Of a stretch of 64,000 bases of DNA, positions 45,172 to 55,097 are shown piece by piece; the stretch's first letter is position 1; the number at the start of each line of letters is the position of its first letter. The translations under genes and the position numbers were made by a program. Origin of the DNA: a virus. The notes below the pieces were generated by a model. It did not search any database. It worked only from the letters and a program-made list of their open reading frames with translations, and was not told the origin of the DNA. The DNA is taken from the IMG/VR virus record IMGVR_UViG_3300025118_000006, positions 1 through 64,000 of that record. The stretch is one strand, 5' to 3'.

Positions 45172-46373
45172 TGCTTCTGCCGGTAGATACCCCAGCAAAG
45201 CTGTCGCCAAGAGTCGATTTCCGACCAGAGGAATTTAAGAAGCTACTGTTCTCGCACGGTCTACGTTTGAAGTGGGAACAAGCAGCGACTTGCCCCTGCA
45301 ACATAAAGGTGACCGCAAACGAAGGTGTCGCTGCTTATCTGAAGACAGGCTTTACTGGAGAGACGCGGGTTGCGTGCCCTGCCTGCAACGGCACAGGTGT
45401 TATCTACCACAGTAGCCAAGAGGTTCGCGCTATCGTCACGAGCGCAAGAACGAATCCAGAACGCTTTAAACTCTACGGAGAGCACGCTGAAGGCGCGATG
45501 GGGCTCACGCTATTACCAGAACACCTTCCGGGCTTCTTAGACCGATTTACGCTCCTTGATGCCGTCATTGTGTACACGGAGACACGCGAGCGAAAGAAGG
45601 CCAAGGCTTCCGCAACCATTACCGTTACATCGGGTTCAGCGCAAACGGTGGGTGACAAGGTGACGATTAACGTACCTGTTGCAGCCGGTGGCACTGGGTC
45701 TGCTATAGACGTACCTTTAGTGGCGAGCAACGGGGTGCCAAGCCTCGAATCAGCAAACTCCTTTCAGTCCTCAACGGACAAGGTCGAGCAAGCCAGATAT
45801 ATAGCAGCCGCGATCAACAACGCGGTTTCAGGTGTCTTTGCATCTACAGAAAACCGGCCTGTGGTTACGATACAAGCTACGACATCTGGCACTGCTGGAA
45901 ACGCTATAACGGTGGTGGCGACACAGTCGAGTAGTTGGATGACGGTTTCGGGCTCACCACTGAGTGGTGGCGACGATAACGTGATGAAGATGCGGTACCC
46001 GATTGTGAAACGAACGCTCGCGCTCACGGGCGGGAGCAAAACTTTTGGAACGATGTATCTTCGTAGCGCACTGACCGATAATGTCATGGGTAATATCGCC
46101 ACGACCGTTTGCGCTGAGGATACGGACTTCAGCGTGAACGGCGATGGTGACCTCGATTTTTCGTCGGCAACATCGAAGACCCCAGCGGTAGGAAATATGT
46201 TTACGGTTTCGTACTACGCCAATCCGAGATTCATAGTACGTGACCACCCACATAGCCTCCGAGTCTCATACGTGAAGGAAAAAAGCGTATCCGCAACGAA
46301 GACGGAGATGCCTGTAAATGTAAATTGCTGGCTCGAATTCAGAGGCGACCCTGAGAGGTTTAGTGATGGCTGA
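45171..46373 (+). CDS. neck/head-closure protein with Zn motif and an inserted beta domain
   Basis: WEQA..CPC...CPACNGTG as in Twort-like neck proteins. Confidence 0.7.
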   Translation: MLLPVDTPAKLSPRVDFRPEEFKKLLFSHGLRLKWEQAATCPCNIKVTANEGVAAYLKTGFTGETRVACPACNGTGVIYHSSQEVRAIVTSARTNPERFKLYGEHAEGAMGLTLLPEHLPGFLDRFTLLDAVIVYTETRERKKAKASATITVTSGSAQTVGDKVTINVPVAAGGTGSAIDVPLVASNGVPSLESANSFQSSTDKVEQARYIAAAINNAVSGVFASTENRPVVTIQATTSGTAGNAITVVATQSSSWMTVSGSPLSGGDDNVMKMRYPIVKRTLALTGGSKTFGTMYLRSALTDNVMGNIATTVCAEDTDFSVNGDGDLDFSSATSKTPAVGNMFTVSYYANPRFIVRDHPHSLRVSYVKEKSVSATKTEMPVNVNCWLEFRGDPERFSDG

Positions 46374-47079
46374 GTTACGCGCTGAAACTATCGACCTAAG
46401 CAAGGTTGTGCGAGCGAGCAAAAGCCAGAACGCGAAGCTCATTCGGTCTATCGCGATTCGGGTTAAGATGGAAATTCTGAAGGAGGCAAGGAATAGCCTC
46501 GGTACGACGCTGAATGATTACATTCGCGGCCTCCAGATTGATCACATTTCCGAAACCAGTGCTCGCATCGTCTTGACTGGCCCGATTGCGAATATGATCG
46601 AGCAGGGCTTAGGTAGCGGGGGGATTGGGACAACCGGACCACGGGATATGCGTGCAGTGCTTCTAAAGCCCGGAACAAGAAGCTTGCGGCATGGTAAAAA
46701 CGGCATGTACCTGCACGTCCCGTTTACGCACACGAAGGGATCTATCGAGTCAAAGGGCGGGGCCAGTGCCATGACGGCTGCAAGACGGCTATCCCCGACG
46801 CAAACCAGCCAGAGAGGGGCAAGTCGGGTCACGCGGTGGGCTCCGGGCGAAACGGGCCGTCTTGGCAATGAGTTTCACAAACACCTAACGGGTATGGTGA
46901 GGCTTGAAAAACAGTATGCGGGAGCGACACAAAGCACATACCGGACTTGGCGTACAATATCCGAGGCGTCAAAGACCGGGTGGATAGCCGCGCCGATTAA
47001 AGCTCGCAATTTCTTTGAAAAAATAAACATGCTTGTGCCACAGTTCGTAAACGAAGCTCGTGCGAGGATGAATCAATAA
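46363..47079 (+). CDS. neck/tail completion protein
   Basis: NMIEQG, YLHVPF, Y.TWRTIS....GW motifs. Confidence 0.65.
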   Translation: MMAELRAETIDLSKVVRASKSQNAKLIRSIAIRVKMEILKEARNSLGTTLNDYIRGLQIDHISETSARIVLTGPIANMIEQGLGSGGIGTTGPRDMRAVLLKPGTRSLRHGKNGMYLHVPFTHTKGSIESKGGASAMTAARRLSPTQTSQRGASRVTRWAPGETGRLGNEFHKHLTGMVRLEKQYAGATQSTYRTWRTISEASKTGWIAAPIKARNFFEKINMLVPQFVNEARARMNQ

Positions 47080-47741
47080 TGTTGGATAGACACACACTTT
47101 TAGTGCTGCAAGCCGGTTGGCAAACCTTGATCGATGACCGGGTGATGTTCCACGATCTTTATCCAATCGCATCGGATTCAGAGATCGAAAGCTGGCGAGC
47201 GGCCTTCAAAAAGCATCCGGTGGTCTTTAAGGCGGCGTTTGCTCCGGGCGAAGAAGAGCTACCGCTTTGTGTGGTCCAATTGTCGTCGGAGTCCGTTGAA
47301 GTTCAGCCGCTAGGCGGCGTTGGTGGTTGGACACCAAACCAGTCCACAGGCTCGGTCACGATGTCTAGTGCTGGCGTACCGTCCCACGCTTCTGGCGTTC
47401 GAGATTACTTCCACTACGGAATTCGGCAGAACGTGAACATATCATGCTACACCGAGCACCCCGATCTTACGCGATCACTACATTACGGGCTTCGTGCGGT
47501 TATGTTTGCAGCCCAGGATTGGTTTCTCGGGAGCGGGTATTCAACAATCGAATATCAATCGGCCTCTGATCTAACAACAGAGCTAGAGCTTCTTTTTGGG
47601 TATGTAAGGCAAATGAGTTGGTCCGCGCTACGTATGGAGCAAATTACGGGCGTAAGCCGACTCGCACACAGTATTTCAGTTCACATGAATGATATTGTTG
47701 TCGCTGGGGTAACTGGTGGTACAATAGCTCTTAACGAATAG
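47079..47741 (+). CDS. tail terminator-like protein
   Basis: Position immediately before the sheath gene. Confidence 0.5.
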   Translation: MLDRHTLLVLQAGWQTLIDDRVMFHDLYPIASDSEIESWRAAFKKHPVVFKAAFAPGEEELPLCVVQLSSESVEVQPLGGVGGWTPNQSTGSVTMSSAGVPSHASGVRDYFHYGIRQNVNISCYTEHPDLTRSLHYGLRAVMFAAQDWFLGSGYSTIEYQSASDLTTELELLFGYVRQMSWSALRMEQITGVSRLAHSISVHMNDIVVAGVTGGTIALNE

Positions 47742-47755
47742 TAAGGAGGCACGCG

Positions 47756-49771
47756 ATGTCAGCGTCCACATTAACCTTCGGTGGTTTCCAAACACGGCGG
47801 CCCGGTACATACGCGCTGGTAGATGCCTCTGCTTTAGGCGGCAAGCAACTAACAGTAGGTCGATTGGGAATCGTTGGTGACTTCCCGTTCCTGCAACAAA
47901 ACACAGCGAAAGAGGTCACTTCACCTCTGGCGATGTCACAGCTTGACTCGACGAACGAGGATCTACAAGTCATTACGCGACTTGCGTTCACTCCATCAAA
48001 CGATGAGCGGGTTCCGGGTGGAGCTACAGCGGTAGTCCTTATGAACGCGGCTGTCACGACTCAGGCCAGCAAGGCAGTGTCTTCGTCGGGTGCTGAAGAC
48101 GTACTTCTTTTAAAAAGTCGAATCTGGGGAGCCTCTGGGAACCGTATGCGCTACGCAATCGCAGCAGGGACCAACGAGGGGAAAAAGCTCACCATTGAAC
48201 ACAATGGAACATCTGAGGTTCACGACAATGTGACCTGGGGAACCATCTTACAGGTGAACTACAGCGGTAGCTCGTTTGCGACTGCGACCATGTACGTGGA
48301 CAACTCGTCGGCTGGAAACGGGTTGGTGATCAACGCTACGCGCTCGCTTGGAACCTCCACTGGATCGCACGCCTTGGCTACCCCAGCCGACGGAAAGGTG
48401 ACCATCACATCAAACGCCATCGGTGCAGCCGACGCCAACATAACTGTTGTTGTCTCGGGAACAGCCTTGGTAGATGGTGTGGCCACAACAGGCCAAACCG
48501 AAACAATCGTGTTCAATAACACGAGCGGAACCTCGAAAGAGGGAACTAAGCACTTTACGCACATCACAACAATTGCGAACACGCACACGAACATTGCAAA
48601 CGCTGCGACTGCACAGTTCGACGTTTTCACAGCGAAAGACAGTGGTTCGACTAACCAGAGCCATAACTTCGCGAAGATTTCAGACGCAGTTGAGGAACTG
48701 ACTAGCTACACAGATTTCGCTGCGACATCCGTATCTCCAAGAGTCTCAAGCTTGAAGATAAGTGAGCTTGATGACTTCGCATCGTCCGGGTCACCAACTT
48801 CCATCAAGGCGTCTCTCCAAGATTTGACTGCGGAACTTCACGCAGTCAACGCTGCTTTCAATAGCAGTGCGCTCGTGTCATCGACTGTTTCCCTTGAGGG
48901 AGCGCGCAAGAATGTCGCGAATGTCACAGCAACCTATCTTATTGGTGGGACTGCGACAGCACCTACGACTTCAGGCTACCAGACAGCCTTGGAAAACCTA
49001 GAAAGCCAGAACGCGCAAGTGCTCGCGGTTCTTTCCGATAACGCGACTGTTCACGGTTACACAGTCACGCACTGCAAGAAGATGGCGGGCCTCGGTAAAT
49101 CAGAGCGTAACGCCTGGGTAGGTGCAGCCGCTTCCGAGGCGTTGTCAGCACTGAAGACTCGCGCAAAGGCAATAAACTCTCGACACGTCGCTTTGGTCGG
49201 CCAAGAGATATATATCGCCAACGCGAAAGGGACTTTAGCCTACTACGCGCCAATGTATTTAGCATTGCAGCTTGCAGCTATGCAGTGCGGGACACCAGTT
49301 GCTACGCCTCTCACACGTAAGCTGCCAGCACTGAGTGGGTTTCGGCAAGCAGCATCATGGTCGCCTGATAAAAACGCAGAGGAACTTCTCTCTAACGGTA
49401 TTTGCTTTCTCGTGGATACCGATTTAACGCCACGAGTCGAGCGTTCTATTACGACCTACCTCACGGACGACAACGCTATCTTCTCTGAAGTTTCAGCTAA
49501 TGAGTCTGTAAACACGTCGGTACGTGACTTGCGTGCAGAATTGGACACTTTCATCGGTTCCGCGTCGGTGGCAGGTACAACTGCGCTAATCAAAGAGTTG
49601 GCCGTTTCGAGGCTTAAAAAACAGGTTGAGCTTGGCTATATCAAGGCATTTAGAAATGTCTCGATTGACGACCTTGGCGATACTTTCCGTATCAACTACG
49701 AAGTAGCTGCCACCGAGCCAATCAACTTCATCCTCATCGTCGCACACGTTGTGCGAATTGCGGCTGCATAA
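47756..49771 (+). CDS. tail sheath protein
   Basis: FGG....PG.Y, WG..GN, PLT.K, ITTY, PINFI C-terminus. Confidence 0.9.
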   Translation: MSASTLTFGGFQTRRPGTYALVDASALGGKQLTVGRLGIVGDFPFLQQNTAKEVTSPLAMSQLDSTNEDLQVITRLAFTPSNDERVPGGATAVVLMNAAVTTQASKAVSSSGAEDVLLLKSRIWGASGNRMRYAIAAGTNEGKKLTIEHNGTSEVHDNVTWGTILQVNYSGSSFATATMYVDNSSAGNGLVINATRSLGTSTGSHALATPADGKVTITSNAIGAADANITVVVSGTALVDGVATTGQTETIVFNNTSGTSKEGTKHFTHITTIANTHTNIANAATAQFDVFTAKDSGSTNQSHNFAKISDAVEELTSYTDFAATSVSPRVSSLKISELDDFASSGSPTSIKASLQDLTAELHAVNAAFNSSALVSSTVSLEGARKNVANVTATYLIGGTATAPTTSGYQTALENLESQNAQVLAVLSDNATVHGYTVTHCKKMAGLGKSERNAWVGAAASEALSALKTRAKAINSRHVALVGQEIYIANAKGTLAYYAPMYLALQLAAMQCGTPVATPLTRKLPALSGFRQAASWSPDKNAEELLSNGICFLVDTDLTPRVERSITTYLTDDNAIFSEVSANESVNTSVRDLRAELDTFIGSASVAGTTALIKELAVSRLKKQVELGYIKAFRNVSIDDLGDTFRINYEVAATEPINFILIVAHVVRIAAA

Positions 49772-49783
49772 GGAGTATAAAAA

Positions 49784-50254
49784 ATGGCAACTGAATTAGG
49801 ACGTGTATTCTCGGGTGCTCGCGCAGAGATACACATAAAAGGCTCTCAAGGCTTAGAACGAGTCGGCTACGCGACTGGGGTGACTGGGACAGAAACGCTC
49901 ACGCTTCAAGAGGTTGAGGTGCTTGGTCACATCGACCCTATCGAAATCGAGCCCATCGGGCGAAGGGTTACTGTCACAGCGGACTTTGTTCGTTTCGTTG
50001 GCACGAGCCTGAGAAGCAAAGGTTTGTGGCCGAAAGCTGGGGCAGATGCCAACTCGGCAGTGTCGGAGGTGATCAATTTTCCAGACCTTGAGTTCATTGT
50101 CTTCGATGCAATCAGTGGCCAGAAGATCTTCAAGGTTGAGGGTATCAAGTGTGAAACAAGGACGTTCCGAGTTGACCGCGCCGGTCTAACTACGACAAAC
50201 GCAACATTTAGAGGTCTTCGCATGACCGACGAAGGTGATGCGTCTAACGAATAA
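49784..50254 (+). CDS. tail tube protein
   Basis: SGARA....VGYATG....VLG...P.E; follows the sheath gene. Confidence 0.8.
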   Translation: MATELGRVFSGARAEIHIKGSQGLERVGYATGVTGTETLTLQEVEVLGHIDPIEIEPIGRRVTVTADFVRFVGTSLRSKGLWPKAGADANSAVSEVINFPDLEFIVFDAISGQKIFKVEGIKCETRTFRVDRAGLTTTNATFRGLRMTDEGDASNE

Positions 50255-50284
50255 TCGCAATATAAACACACGGGGAGGTAAAGT

Positions 50285-50779
50285 GTGTCTTTAGATGATA
50301 TTAGGCAACTCGGAGAAACTTCTGAGTCAGAAAAGGTTTACGAGCGTGAACACACGTTCGTTGTTAGGTACAAGTGCCCGGAGGGTCGCCAGTACGAAGC
50401 GGCCATTACTTCTAAGATTCTTTCGGGCGATGATCGCAACAAGGTAGCGCGAATTGCAGCACAGATAGCAGCGTGCCCCTGGGATCAGCTTCCGATGGGT
50501 GAGCAAATCCGAATTTATGGCCTTGCCGTGTGCTCTGTCGCACTCGATAGCCCGCCAGACTGGATAAATAAATTCATTACGGAAGACCCTGCTTTGTTAG
50601 GCGGCATCTATGAGGAGGTGGCCCGACATGACACGGGCTGGTTTCGTTCAGGTGGTGGATCGGGTAGCGAGGACGAGGAAGAGGCCAGAGTTTCAATTTC
50701 TTCAGAAGCACCTACCTCAACTCCAGACGAGCGAATGCAGCCCATTAGTTCCAAACCTATGCTTGGCCGATCTGTATGA
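50285..50779 (+). CDS. tail assembly chaperone
   Basis: Between tube and tape measure; P.W...D...L..IYEEV......FR. Confidence 0.7.
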   Translation: MSLDDIRQLGETSESEKVYEREHTFVVRYKCPEGRQYEAAITSKILSGDDRNKVARIAAQIAACPWDQLPMGEQIRIYGLAVCSVALDSPPDWINKFITEDPALLGGIYEEVARHDTGWFRSGGGSGSEDEEEARVSISSEAPTSTPDERMQPISSKPMLGRSV

Positions 50780-50993
50780 GGCTAATTTTCTTCGCATGGA
50801 AGATAAGCATTGGAATGAGTTCTTAGCTAGTAGGGCGTCTACCGGAGAAGGGTTAGTGACCGGCGATCAGGTTTTCGATGAAATGGAGCGTAAGCTCTTC
50901 TCGGAGCTTGATGGTGGCGAAGAAGTGGAGACAATTTCCGCAGCTAATGGTACAAATGAGGTAGATAAGAAGCCGGAGAAAGAAGATGCCTGA
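50643..50993 (+). CDS. +1-frame extension of the tail chaperone (GT-like product)
   Basis: Overlapping ORF without a clear RBS; TGG TTT CGT at 50639-50647; TGD.VFDE.E.KL motif. Confidence 0.55.
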   Translation, partial: FVQVVDRVARTRKRPEFQFLQKHLPQLQTSECSPLVPNLCLADLYEANFLRMEDKHWNEFLASRASTGEGLVTGDQVFDEMERKLFSELDGGEEVETISAANGTNEVDKKPEKEDA

Positions 50994-52656
50994 GCAGCGG
51001 CATAGAACTATACTCGACATCCAAGCTGACACGTCTAGCGCAGAGCAGGCGATTCAGCGTTTAGAGGATAGGATACGGTCGATGCAGCAGGCGGCTAACA
51101 TCACATTCGGTGGTGGAGGCGGCGGTGGCGGTGGTGGCGGTGGTGGCCAAATCAACGCGGGAGCTTCAGGTACCGGCTCACACAGGCGCGGTCGGTACGG
51201 CGGGTCAGATCAAGTAAGGGACAGCCAGGGAAGATTCGTTGGCGAAGGTGGTGGAAGCGGTGGCGGCAGCATGTTTCAGGGCCTTGGTCGAGGTTTGCTC
51301 GGGCTTGGCGCTGTCGGCTTTGCGGGTCAAGTAGGTGGATACTCTGCTGGGCAAGTCTCCCCAGGATATGGCGGCGTAGCTGCTCGCCAACAGCAGCGTT
51401 TAGCGATGGGCCAGACAGCCGGTATGACAGCCGGTGGCGCATTGATGATGACAGGCAACCCGGCTCTTATGGCTGGTGGTGCGCTGCTCTCTATCGGTAG
51501 CTCGTTCTTCGGGTCACGCTCGCGTGCAGACCTTCAGCGACAGCAGAATCAGGCTCAAATGCGTCAATCGGTAGCCGAACGAAGCATTAGCATTAACATG
51601 GCCATGCGAAGAGCTTCCTTTCAGGGCGCGAACGTGTTTGGAGCAGACGCAAGCGCGCAGAACGACCCATTTTCAATGTTGCGTACGGGTGCCAATTTGG
51701 GCATGGACCCAACACAAGCGGCTGGAATGCTTCAGCAAATCACCACGGCTGGTGGTGGTGGCTTTAACGGTGACTTCATGGGTCGAAACCCACAGACCTT
51801 CGCAACCAACCTCATTCAAAGCCTCGCAGCCGGTGTCAGCGCGGGGGGGATGGGGAATTTTGCAGGGCAGTTTAGGGCCGGTGGTGGTTTTCGTATGGGT
51901 GGAAACCGAGGGCTCGGCGGTGGCGAGTTGATGATGGGGCTTATACGCAGCGGGCAAGAGCAAGGTCTTGGCTCCGCTGGTATCGACCAGATGTTATCTT
52001 CGTTCACTCGTATCGGGCAGATGATGGAGGAGAAGGGCATGAAAATAGCCCCAGAATCCATCCTGAGCTTCTCTGAGAGCCTTCGTGGGCACGGGGGCAT
52101 GAATGGCCCATTCGCGGGCGCACAGGGCATGAGAGCGGCCCAGACGATGATACAAAGCAACCTGGGTGCGCGGGATAAGTTACTTTCTCCCTTCCAGGGG
52201 CTAGGCCAAACGATGGCGATGGCGACGGCACTAGATAAAACGGGCGGTAACCTTGTGGCCGCAACCGACCTGCTAGAAACGGGTGGCCCCGGATTCGCGG
52301 CTAACTCGGTGCTCGGCTTTGGTGGAGAGGATTCGTTTTTGTCGAAGATGGTTTTCCGGTCTATGGGGTTCGGGGGAGGTCAGGCTGATGTCCTTGCTTC
52401 CGGTGGCTTTAGGAACGTGAACACGGCGGGATTAGCAGACCAACTCGACACATCGTTTGCTATGGGCGGGGGAATGGACATTGCAGCACCGGACGCACCG
52501 GGGGCCGCCGTAGCCCAGGCATCGAAGACCCTTCGCCAACAACAGATGATTAGTGGTGGCGAAGCGACGAACATAATTAGGTCATTGGCAAATATGGAGG
52601 ATGCGTGGGTACGCACGGCATCTTCTCTTGAGAAGTACGTGACCAAGAATTACTAA
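50986..52656 (+). CDS. tape measure protein (Gly/Met/Ala-rich)
   Basis: Position after the chaperone; I.ADTS.A N-terminus. Confidence 0.65.
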   Translation: MPEQRHRTILDIQADTSSAEQAIQRLEDRIRSMQQAANITFGGGGGGGGGGGGGQINAGASGTGSHRRGRYGGSDQVRDSQGRFVGEGGGSGGGSMFQGLGRGLLGLGAVGFAGQVGGYSAGQVSPGYGGVAARQQQRLAMGQTAGMTAGGALMMTGNPALMAGGALLSIGSSFFGSRSRADLQRQQNQAQMRQSVAERSISINMAMRRASFQGANVFGADASAQNDPFSMLRTGANLGMDPTQAAGMLQQITTAGGGGFNGDFMGRNPQTFATNLIQSLAAGVSAGGMGNFAGQFRAGGGFRMGGNRGLGGGELMMGLIRSGQEQGLGSAGIDQMLSSFTRIGQMMEEKGMKIAPESILSFSESLRGHGGMNGPFAGAQGMRAAQTMIQSNLGARDKLLSPFQGLGQTMAMATALDKTGGNLVAATDLLETGGPGFAANSVLGFGGEDSFLSKMVFRSMGFGGGQADVLASGGFRNVNTAGLADQLDTSFAMGGGMDIAAPDAPGAAVAQASKTLRQQQMISGGEATNIIRSLANMEDAWVRTASSLEKYVTKNY

Positions 52657-55091
52657 TGACCACGAAAACACCAAACGAAGATGTCGGCTTTGCTTCCGCT
52701 GGAATTTGCGTCGAATTGCACACTTTCGACAAGAACACGGTCTTGGACCTGAGTGACGCTGCCAAAGCTGAGGGCCTCAATACCCAACTTTCATCGTGGC
52801 TGCTGGCCTCGGATAACAGTGTCCAGGGAATTGATGATGGTTGGCTCAAAGATGTGGTGAGAGGTAATAATCTAGGCGACCTGACGGAAAAAACAGGCGG
52901 CCAGGTTTCGGAACCGAAGATACCCGACGCATCCGCTTGGCAGGGAGGAGGTATCCCGCTAGACGTGACCTGCTGGGTGAAAAGCCTCTCTTGGTCACAG
53001 TCTACGACGCCACCATACGACACAATATCTGTAGAGCTTGCCTTGCCTGTTGCAGACGCAGGGTGGCTCGCAAAGCACCTAATGAGCGATGCCCAAGGCG
53101 GTTGCGTCGTAGTTCGCCGTCGCGGTGGGTACTCAACCAACACAACAACCGATTGGCCAGCCGTGGCGTGGGGTTTTATTGACAACGTAGAGCACGGTGC
53201 GAGCGCGGGTCAGAATGGTGAAATCAGAAGTTATGGTGTCCAGATTAAGACTATCAGTTGGTTTCAATATCTTCGGTACACGAGGCCGATAGTGGACGTT
53301 TTTCAGGCGGCACAGGCGAAGGCAGCGGGCTCTGAAATTGGCGGGTTTAGGATTGGGACGCTATTTTCGTTGTCGAGTTGGTACAAAGGTGTAGTTACAC
53401 CTATGCTCAAAGGCATGACGGGCGTCCGCGTTCACCGGCTGGTAAGATCGCTCCTGAAAGTTCTGGGCTCTCCACAAATACCAAAGTCACTCACTCCAGG
53501 CGCAAATAGTAGCAGGGACAGGGAAATCGGTCGGTCGGTTTACGTGTATCAATCGATGGGTGCAGACATGGTGTACAACCATGCTTACACACCGACTGGT
53601 GATGTCGGGAAACAGGAGTTGGAAAAATGGGCGGCTGGCGGCGTTAATGCGATTCATCCGACAGCAAACGTGTCTGTTCCTGCACCACCACCGGGAGCAA
53701 GAGTTGTGTGCCCACCCGGCATCGCAATGCTGAATCTTGGCGACTGGAAACAGACATCGTCTGTACATGACATGATTCGTCAGAATTTCGCGCCAGACGA
53801 CGCGCTCATCGAGATGTTCCCATCGCTTGTTCCGCTCGACCACCATTTAAAAGAAAACGCTAATTTCGGGAAGGACTGTAAGTATTGGAAAGGCGATAAA
53901 TCGCTTACACCATTAGGCCGTGGCCTAAATGCGTTCCCGACCCTTATCTATCGCTTCATACCGGACGCTGGAGAGACTTACAGTGGAGAGATGGCGCATG
54001 TTCTTATCGGAGGCTCGACACGAGAAGGCTCTAAGTTTAGCGAGAATCGAATCAAAGTAAATCAGGTTATGAGCTACCGAATTCGTTACGAGGAATCCTC
54101 TCGAATGAACGTGTTCGCTGCAATCTTTCCGCTTTCGCCTGAGTCTGAGATAAAATTCAAAGGCGGGCTTCCCATTTATCTTAGCTCGTCCATGAAAAGG
54201 TTCGGCTGTAGGGCATACGAGCCCAACTACACCTTCATCGGCTTACCGAAGCAAAAGCGTGAAGACAATCATTACATTACTGGCATGAATGATGCCGAAA
54301 TTAAGGCAGTTGCAGAGTATATGGTCAAGCACGGAAAGGTTGACCAGTTCGGTAATGTGACATCTATGATGGACTCCACGACCACTGACCAGATAGCGCG
54401 TCTGACTGGCCAATTCGGGACGAGCCAAGATAAAGTCATGGAGAAGATGACTGCGTTTTCTAAGTACGCGCAAGCGGCGTTTGAGGTGAAGGAGCGTGTC
54501 GAAAGCGGTCAATCGGACGGCATGGCGGCTGCCGACAACATGGAAGGTGCGCTTTTGCAGGCGAGGGGTTACGCAGATCAGGTACAACAGGCTTTAATCT
54601 TCACACTTCTTCGCCAAGTCAATGAATACAGCGCAAAAGTACATTACTGGGGTCCACTTGTTGGGAATTGCTCTGCGAGCACAGCGTACACACCGGAGCT
54701 TCAGGCCGGGATGCACGTAGAGTTGACCCCGTTTCCAGACCAGCTTCACACAAAAAAGCGGTATGGGGCAGCGGTCGATCAGGCGTACTCGTCGTTTGAC
54801 CCGGCAACTGGAAAGCCACAAGCGAAGGGCTTTGATGATTTCACAATTGACGGGTACTGCACTGAGGTGACGCATTCAATTTCTGTGGGTGAGTCTGGGG
54901 CTGTTAGTAGGCGAACAGATATGTCATTGGCGCGAGCAAGAACATTTCACGGTTTTCCAGGCCCAGGTTCATCGTTAGACATGGACTTTCGATCTTTTCG
55001 TGGAATGAGTGACGAGCAGGCAAGGAAGGTCGCAGACGAGCTACCCAGTGCGACTGGAAGCGACTGGTCATCCGATTCAGGCGATAGGTAA
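52656..55091 (+). CDS. baseplate hub-like protein
   Basis: Position; C-terminal PEL..G...YC..VTHS.......T...L.R. Confidence 0.5.
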   Translation: MTTKTPNEDVGFASAGICVELHTFDKNTVLDLSDAAKAEGLNTQLSSWLLASDNSVQGIDDGWLKDVVRGNNLGDLTEKTGGQVSEPKIPDASAWQGGGIPLDVTCWVKSLSWSQSTTPPYDTISVELALPVADAGWLAKHLMSDAQGGCVVVRRRGGYSTNTTTDWPAVAWGFIDNVEHGASAGQNGEIRSYGVQIKTISWFQYLRYTRPIVDVFQAAQAKAAGSEIGGFRIGTLFSLSSWYKGVVTPMLKGMTGVRVHRLVRSLLKVLGSPQIPKSLTPGANSSRDREIGRSVYVYQSMGADMVYNHAYTPTGDVGKQELEKWAAGGVNAIHPTANVSVPAPPPGARVVCPPGIAMLNLGDWKQTSSVHDMIRQNFAPDDALIEMFPSLVPLDHHLKENANFGKDCKYWKGDKSLTPLGRGLNAFPTLIYRFIPDAGETYSGEMAHVLIGGSTREGSKFSENRIKVNQVMSYRIRYEESSRMNVFAAIFPLSPESEIKFKGGLPIYLSSSMKRFGCRAYEPNYTFIGLPKQKREDNHYITGMNDAEIKAVAEYMVKHGKVDQFGNVTSMMDSTTTDQIARLTGQFGTSQDKVMEKMTAFSKYAQAAFEVKERVESGQSDGMAAADNMEGALLQARGYADQVQQALIFTLLRQVNEYSAKVHYWGPLVGNCSASTAYTPELQAGMHVELTPFPDQLHTKKRYGAAVDQAYSSFDPATGKPQAKGFDDFTIDGYCTEVTHSISVGESGAVSRRTDMSLARARTFHGFPGPGSSLDMDFRSFRGMSDEQARKVADELPSATGSDWSSDSGDR

Positions 55092-55097
55092 CGAGAT

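Noticed and set aside
51109-51147. GGY triplet run as a contingency repeat
   Set aside because: Mixed codons encoding poly-Gly in the tape measure protein; length changes would keep the frame.
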